DNA of 63,545 nt from Bacteroidaceae bacterium (GTDB lineage Bacteria > Bacteroidota > Bacteroidia > Bacteroidales > Barnesiellaceae_A). Shown piece after piece: positions 52,617 to 62,009 of this stretch. The notes below the pieces were generated by a model, which was given only the letters and a program-made list of their open reading frames with translations, was not told where the DNA came from and made no database searches. The DNA lies in NCBI GenBank assembly GCA_017935645.1, contig JAGBHF010000006.1, positions 1-63,545 of the forward strand, written 5' to 3'. The translations under genes and the position numbers were made by a program. The first letter of the stretch is position 1. Every line of letters begins with the position of its first letter.

Positions 52617-55049
52617 TTATCGAATATTGGCAATGCTTATAATGTCGGCAAATACACCGGCGGCTGTTACGCCGGCTCCGGCTCCATACCCCTTGATAAT
52701 CATAGGATACTCGCGGTAGCGGTCGGTGGTAATGAGGATAACGTTGTTGCTGCCTTCCAATTGGTATAGAGGATGAGCGTTGTCGACAGCCTGTAAACCA
52801 ATCTTTGCATGTCCGTCGTTGAGGCTCGCTACATAACGAAGTAGTTTGCCCTCTTGAGCATTTTGTCGGCGCATCTGCTCAAAGTCGGCATCCATGCTCC
52901 TGACGAGTTGCATGAAAGAATCGATGTCTTTATCGAAGTACTCTTTGGGGATGAAATTGTCGACTTCAACATCCTCTTGCTCAATGGTATATCCTGCTTC
53001 GCGAGCCAAGATAACCAATTTGCGCAATACATCCTTTCCGCTGAGGTCTACACGAGGGTCCGGCTCGCTATAACCGGCTTCAACAGCCATTTCGATAGCT
53101 TTGCTTAGCGGTATCTCGCTACTAACGGTGTTGAATATATAGTTGAGTGTACCCGACAATGCTGCGTCGATGTGCAAGATGCTGTCGCCACTGTTGGTAA
53201 GGGCGTTGATGGTGTTGATAATGGGCAGACCTGCACCCACGTTGGTCTCGAAGAGGAATTTTACATCGCGAGCCTTGGCGGTCTCTTTGAGCATGATATA
53301 GTTGCTGTAACTGCTCGATGCAGCTATCTTGTTGGATGCCACAACCGAGATGTTATGAGAAAGTATATCGTAGTATTGTGCTGCCACATCACCACTGTCG
53401 GTGCAATCGACAAATACCGAGTTGAACATGTTCATCTGCAACATTTCATCCTTGAAAGAGGATGGAGCTGACTTCATATCCGATGCACTCAGTTGTTCGC
53501 GATAGGTAGCGAGGTCGATACCATCGCGATTGAATATGCAATTGTGTGAGTTGGCAATACCTACCACGCGAAGGTTCAGGGCCTTGTTGTGCAATAGGTT
53601 GTTTTGTTGCTTGGCAATCTGTTTGAGAAGGTCGCTACCGACACTACCTACGCCCATGACAAAGAGGTTGAGCACCTGCGAGCTGGATAGGAAGAATGAG
53701 TCGTGGATGGCATTGAGCGTCTTACGCAAGTCGCAAGACTTGATAACGATAGAGATGTTCATCTTCTGAGCACCTTGTGCGCAAGCAATGGTATTGATAC
53801 CGCTACGACCCAATGTGCCAAAGAGCTTACCTGCTATACCGGGGGCACTCTTCATATTTTCGCCCACGATGGCTATGGTTGCAAGGTCATGTTCGGCAAG
53901 TGCCGGACTCATTTCGCCTTGTTCTATTTCGGTTGCAAATTCTTTATTAAGAACTTCAACCGCCAATTCGGCATCGGCATTGCGTACAGCAAACGTTGTA
54001 CTGTTCTCCGATGAGGCTTGCGAGACCATAAACACGTTTACGCCCGATTGTGCCAATGAATTGAATATGCGTGAGTTTACACCCACAACACCCACCATGC
54101 CCAATCCTGTAACAGTAATGAGACATGTGTCGTTGATAGACGATATACCCTTGATAGCCTTGCTGTTGGGGTCGTTGTCGTTGTTGATGAGTGTGCCCGG
54201 TGCTGTGGGATTGAACGTGTTTTTGATAACAATGGGTATGTTCTTGTGATATACGGGGTATATTGTGGGTGGGTATATCACCTTGGCGCCATAGTTGCAC
54301 AACTCTGTAGCTTCGGCAAACGATAGTTTCTCAATGACGTAGGCCGAACTGATAACGCGGGGGTCGGCTGTCATGAAGCCGTCGACGTCGGTCCAGATTT
54401 CCAATCGTGTGGCATCGAGCGAAGCTGCAAGGATAGCAGCTGTGTAGTCCGAGCCACCGCGTCCCAAGTTTGTAACATCGCCACTGATGTGGTCGGACGA
54501 TATAAATCCCGGAACGAGTGCACGACGAGGTTGTTGCGCGAAAGTCTCGGTAATAAGACGGTTGGTTGTATCAAAATCAACAATATGCTTGTTGAATTGT
54601 GTTTCGGTCTTGATGAAAGTGCGTGAATCGAAGAGTACTATATCCTCAATGACGCGACTGAGGATGGTTGAAGACAAACGCTCACCATAGCTTACAATGG
54701 CATCGAGTGTCTTGCTTGATAGCTCTTTGATAAGGAATACACCACGGTATATGTTGGTAAGCTCGTCAAGCATTTCATTGACGCGAGTCTCTATCTCATT
54801 GTGATATTGGGCGGGAACAACACCGGCTATTACCTCGCTGTGGCGAGCACGTATCTCTTGCATACTCTCCATGTAGCTCTCATCGCCTGTGCTTGCCTTA
54901 TTGGCTGTTGCAATGAGTCTGTCGGTAATACCACCTAATGCCGATACAACTACGATTACACTCTCGTCGCATTGCTCGACAATCATTTTTACATTCTTGA
55001 TACTATTAACCGAACCTACCGAGGTTCCTCCAAATTTTAGTACTTTCAT
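52617..55049 (-). CDS. thrA: Bifunctional aspartokinase/homoserine dehydrogenase
   Basis: KFGGTSVG, LGRGGSDY, WTDVDG, two ACT domains, G-x-G-x-VG, VGAGLP, EPDP-x-x-DLSG and GYGAG motifs. Confidence 0.97.
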   Translation of the reverse strand: MKVLKFGGTSVGSVNSIKNVKMIVEQCDESVIVVVSALGGITDRLIATANKASTGDESYMESMQEIRARHSEVIAGVVPAQYHNEIETRVNEMLDELTNIYRGVFLIKELSSKTLDAIVSYGERLSSTILSRVIEDIVLFDSRTFIKTETQFNKHIVDFDTTNRLITETFAQQPRRALVPGFISSDHISGDVTNLGRGGSDYTAAILAASLDATRLEIWTDVDGFMTADPRVISSAYVIEKLSFAEATELCNYGAKVIYPPTIYPVYHKNIPIVIKNTFNPTAPGTLINNDNDPNSKAIKGISSINDTCLITVTGLGMVGVVGVNSRIFNSLAQSGVNVFMVSQASSENSTTFAVRNADAELAVEVLNKEFATEIEQGEMSPALAEHDLATIAIVGENMKSAPGIAGKLFGTLGRSGINTIACAQGAQKMNISIVIKSCDLRKTLNAIHDSFFLSSSQVLNLFVMGVGSVGSDLLKQIAKQQNNLLHNKALNLRVVGIANSHNCIFNRDGIDLATYREQLSASDMKSAPSSFKDEMLQMNMFNSVFVDCTDSGDVAAQYYDILSHNISVVASNKIAASSSYSNYIMLKETAKARDVKFLFETNVGAGLPIINTINALTNSGDSILHIDAALSGTLNYIFNTVSSEIPLSKAIEMAVEAGYSEPDPRVDLSGKDVLRKLVILAREAGYTIEQEDVEVDNFIPKEYFDKDIDSFMQLVRSMDADFEQMRRQNAQEGKLLRYVASLNDGHAKIGLQAVDNAHPLYQLEGSNNVILITTDRYREYPMIIKGYGAGAGVTAAGVFADIISIANIR

Positions 55050-55193
55050 TTACAATTTGTTGTGTTGGTGTAAAGCCTTATAAGTCAATGCTCCAAATCG
55101 TTACGCGCATGCACTCGTGCGCGATTGCTTGCAAAGGTAGTAAAAAATGCTGAATTGCTTGGAGTTGCAAAATCAAAACATTAATTTTGCCCT

Positions 55194-55823
55194 ATGTCTT
55201 ACGATGAAAATATCTCTATATTGCCATTTGAGCCGGATGATTTGTATCGTCGCAGGGTGTCGCACTTTGCTCACCTTGATGTGCATTGTGACGACATTGT
55301 GATGTTGGGCGATAGCCTTATCAACTGTTGTGAGTGGCATGAATTGCTGGGCGATACCCGCATCAAAAATCGAGGTATCAATGGCGATACGGTTGAGGGG
55401 GTGCGCTATCGTACTCCTACCATTATGAACTGCCACCCCGATAAGGTGTTTATTATGGTGGGTATCAACGATGTGTCGCATAATATATCACCTGAGGATA
55501 TAGCTCGTTCAATAGTGAGTCTTATCGATTATATGCACAGCTTGTCGCCTGCTACACGCATCTATGTGCATAGTTTGTTGCCTTTCGATGCTTCATATCA
55601 TTATAGCTCGCTTGCCGGCAAAGAGGAGGATGTGTTAATCGTCAATCGTGTGTTGCAGGAATTGAGTCAGCAACATCGCTATACTTTCATCGATATGTAT
55701 AGCCATTTTACAGCGCCCTCTACGCAGTTGCTTGCTGCACCATATACAACCGACGGGTTGCACCTGACCGGGAGTGGATATGCTTTGTGGGCACAGTTGT
55801 TACAACCTTATATAGCCGAGTAG
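55194..55823 (+). CDS. SGNH/GDSL family esterase
   Basis: GDSL, NRGINGD, GIND and DGLH motifs. Confidence 0.92.
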   Translation: MSYDENISILPFEPDDLYRRRVSHFAHLDVHCDDIVMLGDSLINCCEWHELLGDTRIKNRGINGDTVEGVRYRTPTIMNCHPDKVFIMVGINDVSHNISPEDIARSIVSLIDYMHSLSPATRIYVHSLLPFDASYHYSSLAGKEEDVLIVNRVLQELSQQHRYTFIDMYSHFTAPSTQLLAAPYTTDGLHLTGSGYALWAQLLQPYIAE

Positions 55824-55826
55824 TTT

Positions 55827-56567
55827 ATGAAAAAATATATTATATCCATTTATATCGTGCTCCTTACGCTCTTTGGTGTGAAGGCTCAAGTGCCGGTGGA
55901 ACGCATTGTAAGTGATATAGAGTATATGGCACAGCAATGCGAAATACTCTCGGCTGAGGAGTGCAGTATCAAGGCGCAGGAGTGGGTATCGGCGATACCG
56001 TCGTCCGATATGCTTGCATATGCGTCGCAGGCGCAAAAGGTACTCTATCCGCCATATAGCACCCTCAATGGACGCATAGCTTATCGTATGTTGTTGGAGC
56101 GACTGTTGCAGTGCGGTGGGGATGATATAGCTTTGTTGCGCTATCGATATATGTATGAGTCGTTGTGTCGTAACAACGAGGGCGATGAGGCTGCCGACTT
56201 TATATATTATGATATTGACGGTAATGAATATACATTGCAAAGTCACCGCGGACAGAAAACGCTTATCATCTTCAACGACCCCGAGTGTGAGGAGTGTGCG
56301 GCATTGCGTAGTCACATACAGAGCAAGCAAGAATTGCAAGGTATAGCTATCGATGAGTCAACAACAGTACTTGTTATTTATCCCGATGAACCTACCGATA
56401 CTTGGCGTGAGGCTGTATCGCATTATCCGGCATCGTGGAAAGTGGGGTATTCGGAGGATGTATCGGATGTCTATGACCTACGTACTCTCCCTTCTACCTA
56501 TCTGCTCGATGAAAATCATCGCATCGTATTGCGCAATGCGCACTCGTATATTACTGCTATTGAGTAA
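55827..56567 (+). CDS. Exported thioredoxin-fold protein (AhpC/TSA-like, DUF5106-associated type)
   Basis: Signal peptide; AADF, DPECEEC (CxxC) and YDLRTLPSTYLLD motifs. Confidence 0.75.
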   Translation: MKKYIISIYIVLLTLFGVKAQVPVERIVSDIEYMAQQCEILSAEECSIKAQEWVSAIPSSDMLAYASQAQKVLYPPYSTLNGRIAYRMLLERLLQCGGDDIALLRYRYMYESLCRNNEGDEAADFIYYDIDGNEYTLQSHRGQKTLIIFNDPECEECAALRSHIQSKQELQGIAIDESTTVLVIYPDEPTDTWREAVSHYPASWKVGYSEDVSDVYDLRTLPSTYLLDENHRIVLRNAHSYITAIE

Positions 56568-56591
56568 TTGACGCATGTAGCATAAAATAGT

Positions 56592-56626
56592 AATGGTCGC
56601 CTCATCCTCACGATGAAACGACCATT
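56592..56626. terminator. Hairpin between convergent genes
   Basis: AATGGTCG...CGACCATT stem with inner TCATC/GATGA pairing. Confidence 0.65.
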
Positions 56627-56677
56627 GTCATTAGAAACACGCATGAATTTCTAAATATATTTTTTACCTATAAAAAC

Positions 56678-58654
56678 CTATTTCGTAAGTATCATAACAA
56701 ATCCACCACCTTGCGCCATGTCAATTTTCATGGTCTCTTTGCTTTTTACACGTTTAACTTCTCGGTGGTAGCAGTTGGCATCGATATTGCTCTTGTTTGT
56801 ATCGCGGAAGATTTCCACCTCATACACTTCTCCATCGGGCAAGAAAGAGAAGTCCACAACAACTTGGCGAGCATCCCAGTCGTTAATACCACCAACATAC
56901 CATGTGTCGCCCAATTGACGAGCCATTACAACATAGTCGTCGAAACGAGCCAACAGAGGTATGGTCTTGTCCCATGTTGTAGGTACTTGTGAGAGATAAC
57001 GCAAGATGTCGGGGTATTTGCGATACTCGTCGGGTGAGTCGGCCAGCATCGAGAAGGGCGAGTCGATAATGAGATACAAGGCCATGTCGTGACAACGTGT
57101 GCCGAGTGTCATGGGCAGGTTATGATCGATGGGACGGAACACCTCGCGGGTAGCGTTGCGCATAGAGCCCGGTGTATAGTCGGTACCACCACACAGCATA
57201 CGAGTGAAAGCGTTCTGTATACGATAAACAGGATCGCTCGATGTATCCCACTTGGCACATTCGGCTCCTCGCATGGCCTCGTAAGTCATGATGTTGGGAT
57301 ATGCGCGGTGCAGACCGGTTGGCTTGCTGCATCCGTGAAAGTCGACCATCAAGTGTCGTTCGGCACAAGCCTTTGCCAACTCCTCATACTCGGGTATGAT
57401 ACCGGCATCGTCGCGGTCGAAAAAATCAATTTTCACACCTACAGCGCCCCATGCGCTGATAGAGTCGAGATAGATGTGCTTGTTGTGAAATAGCGTAGCG
57501 GCTACGGTCCACAACCACACGCCTACTTCCTTCTCTTTACCGTATTGAATAACCTCTTTGATATCAATGTTTTTGTTGAAGTCGAGGTGGTCGAATACGT
57601 TACTCCAACCGGCATCAACCAATAGGTATTCAATGCCATTTTCCGATGCAAAGTCGATGTAGTATTTATACAACTCGGTAGTGAGGGTGCGCGACTTGAA
57701 TGGTGCGTTTTCCAATATTGCGCAGTGCCACCACTCCCATGTAGCTTTACCCGGACGAATCCAATCGGTATCGGTTATCTGTTGAGGCTTGGCAAGCAGG
57801 TATATCATTTCGTTGGTAAGCAGGCGACGGTCGTCGTCACTCACCATCATGATACGCCAAGGGAAAGCGTGTTGAGCCGAAGTACGGGCCAAGAAGTTCT
57901 CACGTTCCTTAACGACAGTAATAAAATTACCCCAGCTACCCATCTCAATGCTACGAGGGTATTGAGCCCAATGACCACACATCACACCTTGGGTCTTCTT
58001 GAGATACATGCCGGGGTAATTGTGAAGGTCCGACTCGGCAATAACGACTTTGTAGTCGTGACGACGATTGTCGAAGAGCATGGGAGTCAATCCCCATTCG
58101 CCATCACTCATATCCGAGAGTCGGTCGTATATGCTGTGTGTTACCTCCCACGAAGTATAAGTAGTAGTGTCGGGTAATACAACTGCCGGATTGTCTTTTA
58201 TGTCGAATGTGGCCACCTCATGAGCTACAACCAACGAATCGGTAGCAGCACCTGTACCGACAAAACGGTAGGCTGCCCCTTCGTTATACACACGGAAGTG
58301 TACATCATATTCGTCATCGAAACTCAGTATCAATTCGTTGTAGTAATCAGGTACAACTTTGTTTTTACCCATGAGAGGATATACCACATCGTTGTGTGAT
58401 GATTGAGCAACGTTGGTAATAGTAGATGTACCATTCCACATGCGACCATCGTTCATAACCATGCCTATAGGCGATGGTGCAATCACTTCGTTTCCATCCA
58501 TCGACACGGTATAGTACAAACGGGGCTCGGTGTAGATTTCCATTTGCATGCGACCGTCGGGCGAAGTGAGGTTGTAATGAGCGGCAAGAGAGTTGGCCGT
58601 TAAGCCAACTATCATTGCCACCGTACACATTATTGTCTTGATAAAATTGTGCAT
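56678..58654 (-). CDS. Glycoside hydrolase family 97 (retaining-type motif; alpha-galactosidase-like)
   Basis: Signal peptide; SPDG, FPWR, WIRPGK, YIDFAS, DAGW, GVKIDF (Asp nucleophile type), DFHG, DYTPG, PTTWD and GGGFV motifs. Confidence 0.93.
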   Translation of the reverse strand: MHNFIKTIMCTVAMIVGLTANSLAAHYNLTSPDGRMQMEIYTEPRLYYTVSMDGNEVIAPSPIGMVMNDGRMWNGTSTITNVAQSSHNDVVYPLMGKNKVVPDYYNELILSFDDEYDVHFRVYNEGAAYRFVGTGAATDSLVVAHEVATFDIKDNPAVVLPDTTTYTSWEVTHSIYDRLSDMSDGEWGLTPMLFDNRRHDYKVVIAESDLHNYPGMYLKKTQGVMCGHWAQYPRSIEMGSWGNFITVVKERENFLARTSAQHAFPWRIMMVSDDDRRLLTNEMIYLLAKPQQITDTDWIRPGKATWEWWHCAILENAPFKSRTLTTELYKYYIDFASENGIEYLLVDAGWSNVFDHLDFNKNIDIKEVIQYGKEKEVGVWLWTVAATLFHNKHIYLDSISAWGAVGVKIDFFDRDDAGIIPEYEELAKACAERHLMVDFHGCSKPTGLHRAYPNIMTYEAMRGAECAKWDTSSDPVYRIQNAFTRMLCGGTDYTPGSMRNATREVFRPIDHNLPMTLGTRCHDMALYLIIDSPFSMLADSPDEYRKYPDILRYLSQVPTTWDKTIPLLARFDDYVVMARQLGDTWYVGGINDWDARQVVVDFSFLPDGEVYEVEIFRDTNKSNIDANCYHREVKRVKSKETMKIDMAQGGGFVMILTK

Positions 58655-58662
58655 ACTTACGA

Positions 58663-61600
58663 TTAAATCATGTTTACTTGAGCACCTTGATGATTGATGT
58701 CGAGGCTCAATACTTCCGAGAGGAAGTTGCGAGCCTTCTCTGTATCGCCCAATCCGCTATAACCCAATCCCATTACATAGCAACAGTGAATGCGATTGCG
58801 CTTGTTGAGATCGTCATCCCAGATAGCCAAGTCGGGGAGTGATACAGCGAAGTAGTCTATGCGACAGTTGTCGAAAAGGTGTTTCTCGCCATGTTTGATA
58901 AGTTTGTTAAATCGGCTACGAGCCTTGTTCTCTTCGCCCAATTCGCGCCAAGCCAAGCCTTGGAAGAAAATCTTATCGGGTTGTTGGTCGTTGTAGAAGA
59001 ATGCTTGTTGCGGCTCATCGCTACCTATGGTGGCAATGGTGAAGCAACGGTTAGCCTCTTCGATGTTGCCCATACCTTTGTGAGCCATACCTTTGTAGTA
59101 CCAAATGTCGTTTTCCTCGGCATTTTGCAACTTGCCTTCACCGAGATTGTGAGGATATTGTTCGGTCTCGGCAAGCAATGTCAAGGCTTCTTGATAGCGA
59201 CCCTCGGCAATAGCTCGTTTGGCCAATTCTACGCGACACAAAACATATTGTCCGGTAATCTTACCCTCACCACCTTCCCATGGGTGGAACTTGCGCTCGG
59301 CAATCATGCGACGAGCCTCGTCATATCGTCCCAACTGGTTGTAGAGAGTGATGCGTTCAATCGACAAGTCGTCGCGCTCTTCTACTTGCTCAAGGTGTTG
59401 TTCCAACAAGTCAAGGCGAGTTTGGTAGGCGTATCCAAGTTTCTTATAAAGTTGGTCAAGCTCCATGAGTATGCGCGAGTCGGTATTGTCGAGGGCGTAA
59501 GCCTTTTCGAGCATCAATCGAGCTTGCTCCTTCTCATTGCGCTTGTTGTAGTAGGCCAATGCCAAGTTGCGCCATACAGTGGGGAATGTGTCGTCGAGTT
59601 GTGCCGACAACTCCCATGCTTCAACAGCCTCCTCATATCGGCGTGCAGCATACCAGAAGTTACCAAGAGCGTAAGCTGCCTTTGAGCAACCTTGTGCGTT
59701 GACTTTTATGGCATCTTGCAAGATGTTTACCTCCTCGATGCGGTTGGGGAAACAGTAGCTGTGGTCGCATTGTTCACCACGTTTGTAGTATTCGAGGGCC
59801 TTGGCCTCGTCGCCCTTCAGTGAGTAGAAATAACCTACGGCATAGGCGGCTACGGGATATACCTCGGTAGCGTGTTGCATATAATCGTCGAGCAAGGCGA
59901 TAGCCTCGTCGTAGTTGCCCGATGAAGCAAAGTCGAGAGCATACTCGATGCAACCGTGTGACCAACCGCGCATCATATCGCGCAACTCGTTCAATGTATT
60001 CTCGTCGCGAGTGAGCAAGTAGCGCTCATAGCGACATCCCATATTGAAACGGTCTATTTGCAATGAGTAGTCAATCCACTTCAATGCCTCGTCATTGCGA
60101 TTCATATAGCGCAAGATAGTGGCCTTGAGTTGACGAGCTTTGTGGTTGTGCCAGTTGCGTATCAATGAACGCTCAACATTGTTCAATGCCTCGGCATAGT
60201 TGCCACGCATAGTATCGATTGATGCAATGTTGTAGTAAGCGGCATCTTGCCAAGCAGCATTCCAAGTAGCCTTGAAGAATGCCTCGTATGCCTCGTCGTA
60301 TTTGTGTTGCATCTTGCAACTCCAGCCCAAGTTGTAGTAGGGCTCGCCGTCGTAGGGATTGGGATTACGCTCGGTGAGTGTTTCGATAGCTGTGCGGAAA
60401 TAGGGCTCGGCTTGTGCAAAGCAACCTTTGCGCATCAACAACAGACCCATTGCATTGTTGCAACGAACATCGCCCGGTTCACGACGCAATGCTTCGTTGT
60501 AGTAGTCCATAGGATTGTATGTAGCATGGCGGTATTGCTCCAAGTGCAAACCGGTGAGATAGAGTTGCTCGATAGAGGCTATATCTTGAGGGTCTTTGGC
60601 AGCCTTTGCGGGGTCGGGTATAGGTTTGATTTCGGGCTTCTCGGCGCGATATGAAACCATCGTGCGACCATTGGCCGACTTAACCTCGGCAATGAGATTT
60701 TCGGGCAATACGCCTACAGCCTCGAAACTATCGATATAGGGTGCACGAGGAGAACAGTCGATGTGCTTGTCAATATATACAGTACCCTCGGCATCTTTTA
60801 CGACGATATGCAATTGTTTCTCGATACCGGTAGTGTAAAGAATAATTTTGCCTTTGCCTTGCTCATCCACCTCAACGTTGAGTATGGCATCTTTGGTGGC
60901 GTTCTTAACATAACCTACCTCGCTGTAGGGCATGAAGTATTGTACCCATGATTTCTCCTCGTAGGGTTGCAACCAAGAGAAGTCGGGTTGGTTGTCGGTA
61001 AATACACCGGTCATCAACTCGATGTATGGTCCGTCCTCGTCGGTTAGGTTGCGGTCCCAAGCAATACCAAAGTCGCCACAGCCCCAAGTCCATTGTTTCT
61101 TACCGGGCGATACATGGTGATTGGCAACGTGCAAGAGACCTCCCTTTACGTCGGCCTCGTAGCCACCAACAAAGTCGTAGCGTGACTTGATAGCCATGTA
61201 AGATGTGGGTACAGGAATGTTTTTGTACTTCGAGATGTCCACACCGGCCGAGTAGTCTTGTTTGTAGTATACACCGGTGGCAATGGGGAACGATGATACG
61301 TCGCGTTTACCATGATCGAATACGGCATTTACATCAGGTGGGAACACCGAGTGGTAGTGGTCGTTGACAACCACAGCGGGGTTGGCCCACCACAAGAATG
61401 TTTGAGGGAAGGCTGTGCGGTTGTATATCTTAACTTTGATTTCGATATAGGCCTTGTCGGGGTAGAGAGTGAAACCTTGCAAACCCTTTGTGCGGAACAT
61501 GCGCTCAACCTCGCTACACCACACAGTCACGCTACCATCGGCATTGTGCTCGATGGCATAGTCGGTGGGAAGGAATGTCGATGGACGGTGGTGTTGAGGC

Positions 61601-62001
61601 CAGTTGAACTCAATACCGCCCGAAATCCAAGGACCGGTAAGACCCACCAATGCAGGTTTTACAACTTGGTTGTAATATACAAAGTGACGTTGTTTTACCT
61701 TGTCGTAGGCCATGTGAACACGACCGCCTAATTCGGGCAAAATCATTACTTTTATGTACTCATTCTCCAAGAAGAATGCGTTGTAGGCTTTTTCGGCTTT
61801 AACGTCCGAGATTTTCTCTACTACCGGATAGGGGTATACAACACCACTGCTACCTTGATATACACGTTTCTCGAGGAAGATAGGATTCTTCTCCTCGGCA
61901 CCAATCTCGTAAGTGGGCAACATGACTACTTCTTGCCATGCACGCACTTCGCCGGGTGTATTGACGGTGCTACTGATAAGATATTCGGTTATTTTCTCCA
62001 T
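58663..62001 (-). CDS. DUF5107 domain / TPR-repeat protein (YphG-like)
   Basis: LENEY-x-x-V-x-ILPELGGR, KPALVGL-x-GPWISGGIEFNWP, PGKKQWTWG and PYIELMTG motifs; about 640 aa of TPR-like repeats; no signal peptide. Confidence 0.85.
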   Translation of the reverse strand: MEKITEYLISSTVNTPGEVRAWQEVVMLPTYEIGAEEKNPIFLEKRVYQGSSGVVYPYPVVEKISDVKAEKAYNAFFLENEYIKVMILPELGGRVHMAYDKVKQRHFVYYNQVVKPALVGLTGPWISGGIEFNWPQHHRPSTFLPTDYAIEHNADGSVTVWCSEVERMFRTKGLQGFTLYPDKAYIEIKVKIYNRTAFPQTFLWWANPAVVVNDHYHSVFPPDVNAVFDHGKRDVSSFPIATGVYYKQDYSAGVDISKYKNIPVPTSYMAIKSRYDFVGGYEADVKGGLLHVANHHVSPGKKQWTWGCGDFGIAWDRNLTDEDGPYIELMTGVFTDNQPDFSWLQPYEEKSWVQYFMPYSEVGYVKNATKDAILNVEVDEQGKGKIILYTTGIEKQLHIVVKDAEGTVYIDKHIDCSPRAPYIDSFEAVGVLPENLIAEVKSANGRTMVSYRAEKPEIKPIPDPAKAAKDPQDIASIEQLYLTGLHLEQYRHATYNPMDYYNEALRREPGDVRCNNAMGLLLMRKGCFAQAEPYFRTAIETLTERNPNPYDGEPYYNLGWSCKMQHKYDEAYEAFFKATWNAAWQDAAYYNIASIDTMRGNYAEALNNVERSLIRNWHNHKARQLKATILRYMNRNDEALKWIDYSLQIDRFNMGCRYERYLLTRDENTLNELRDMMRGWSHGCIEYALDFASSGNYDEAIALLDDYMQHATEVYPVAAYAVGYFYSLKGDEAKALEYYKRGEQCDHSYCFPNRIEEVNILQDAIKVNAQGCSKAAYALGNFWYAARRYEEAVEAWELSAQLDDTFPTVWRNLALAYYNKRNEKEQARLMLEKAYALDNTDSRILMELDQLYKKLGYAYQTRLDLLEQHLEQVEERDDLSIERITLYNQLGRYDEARRMIAERKFHPWEGGEGKITGQYVLCRVELAKRAIAEGRYQEALTLLAETEQYPHNLGEGKLQNAEENDIWYYKGMAHKGMGNIEEANRCFTIATIGSDEPQQAFFYNDQQPDKIFFQGLAWRELGEENKARSRFNKLIKHGEKHLFDNCRIDYFAVSLPDLAIWDDDLNKRNRIHCCYVMGLGYSGLGDTEKARNFLSEVLSLDINHQGAQVNMI

Positions 62002-62009
62002 ATCTATAG

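Noticed and set aside
55821-55829. GDSL-thioredoxin fusion by read-through (TAG TTT ATG in frame)
   Set aside because: The GDSL domain is complete and the second gene starts with its own signal peptide; in-frame spacing has a 1-in-3 chance.
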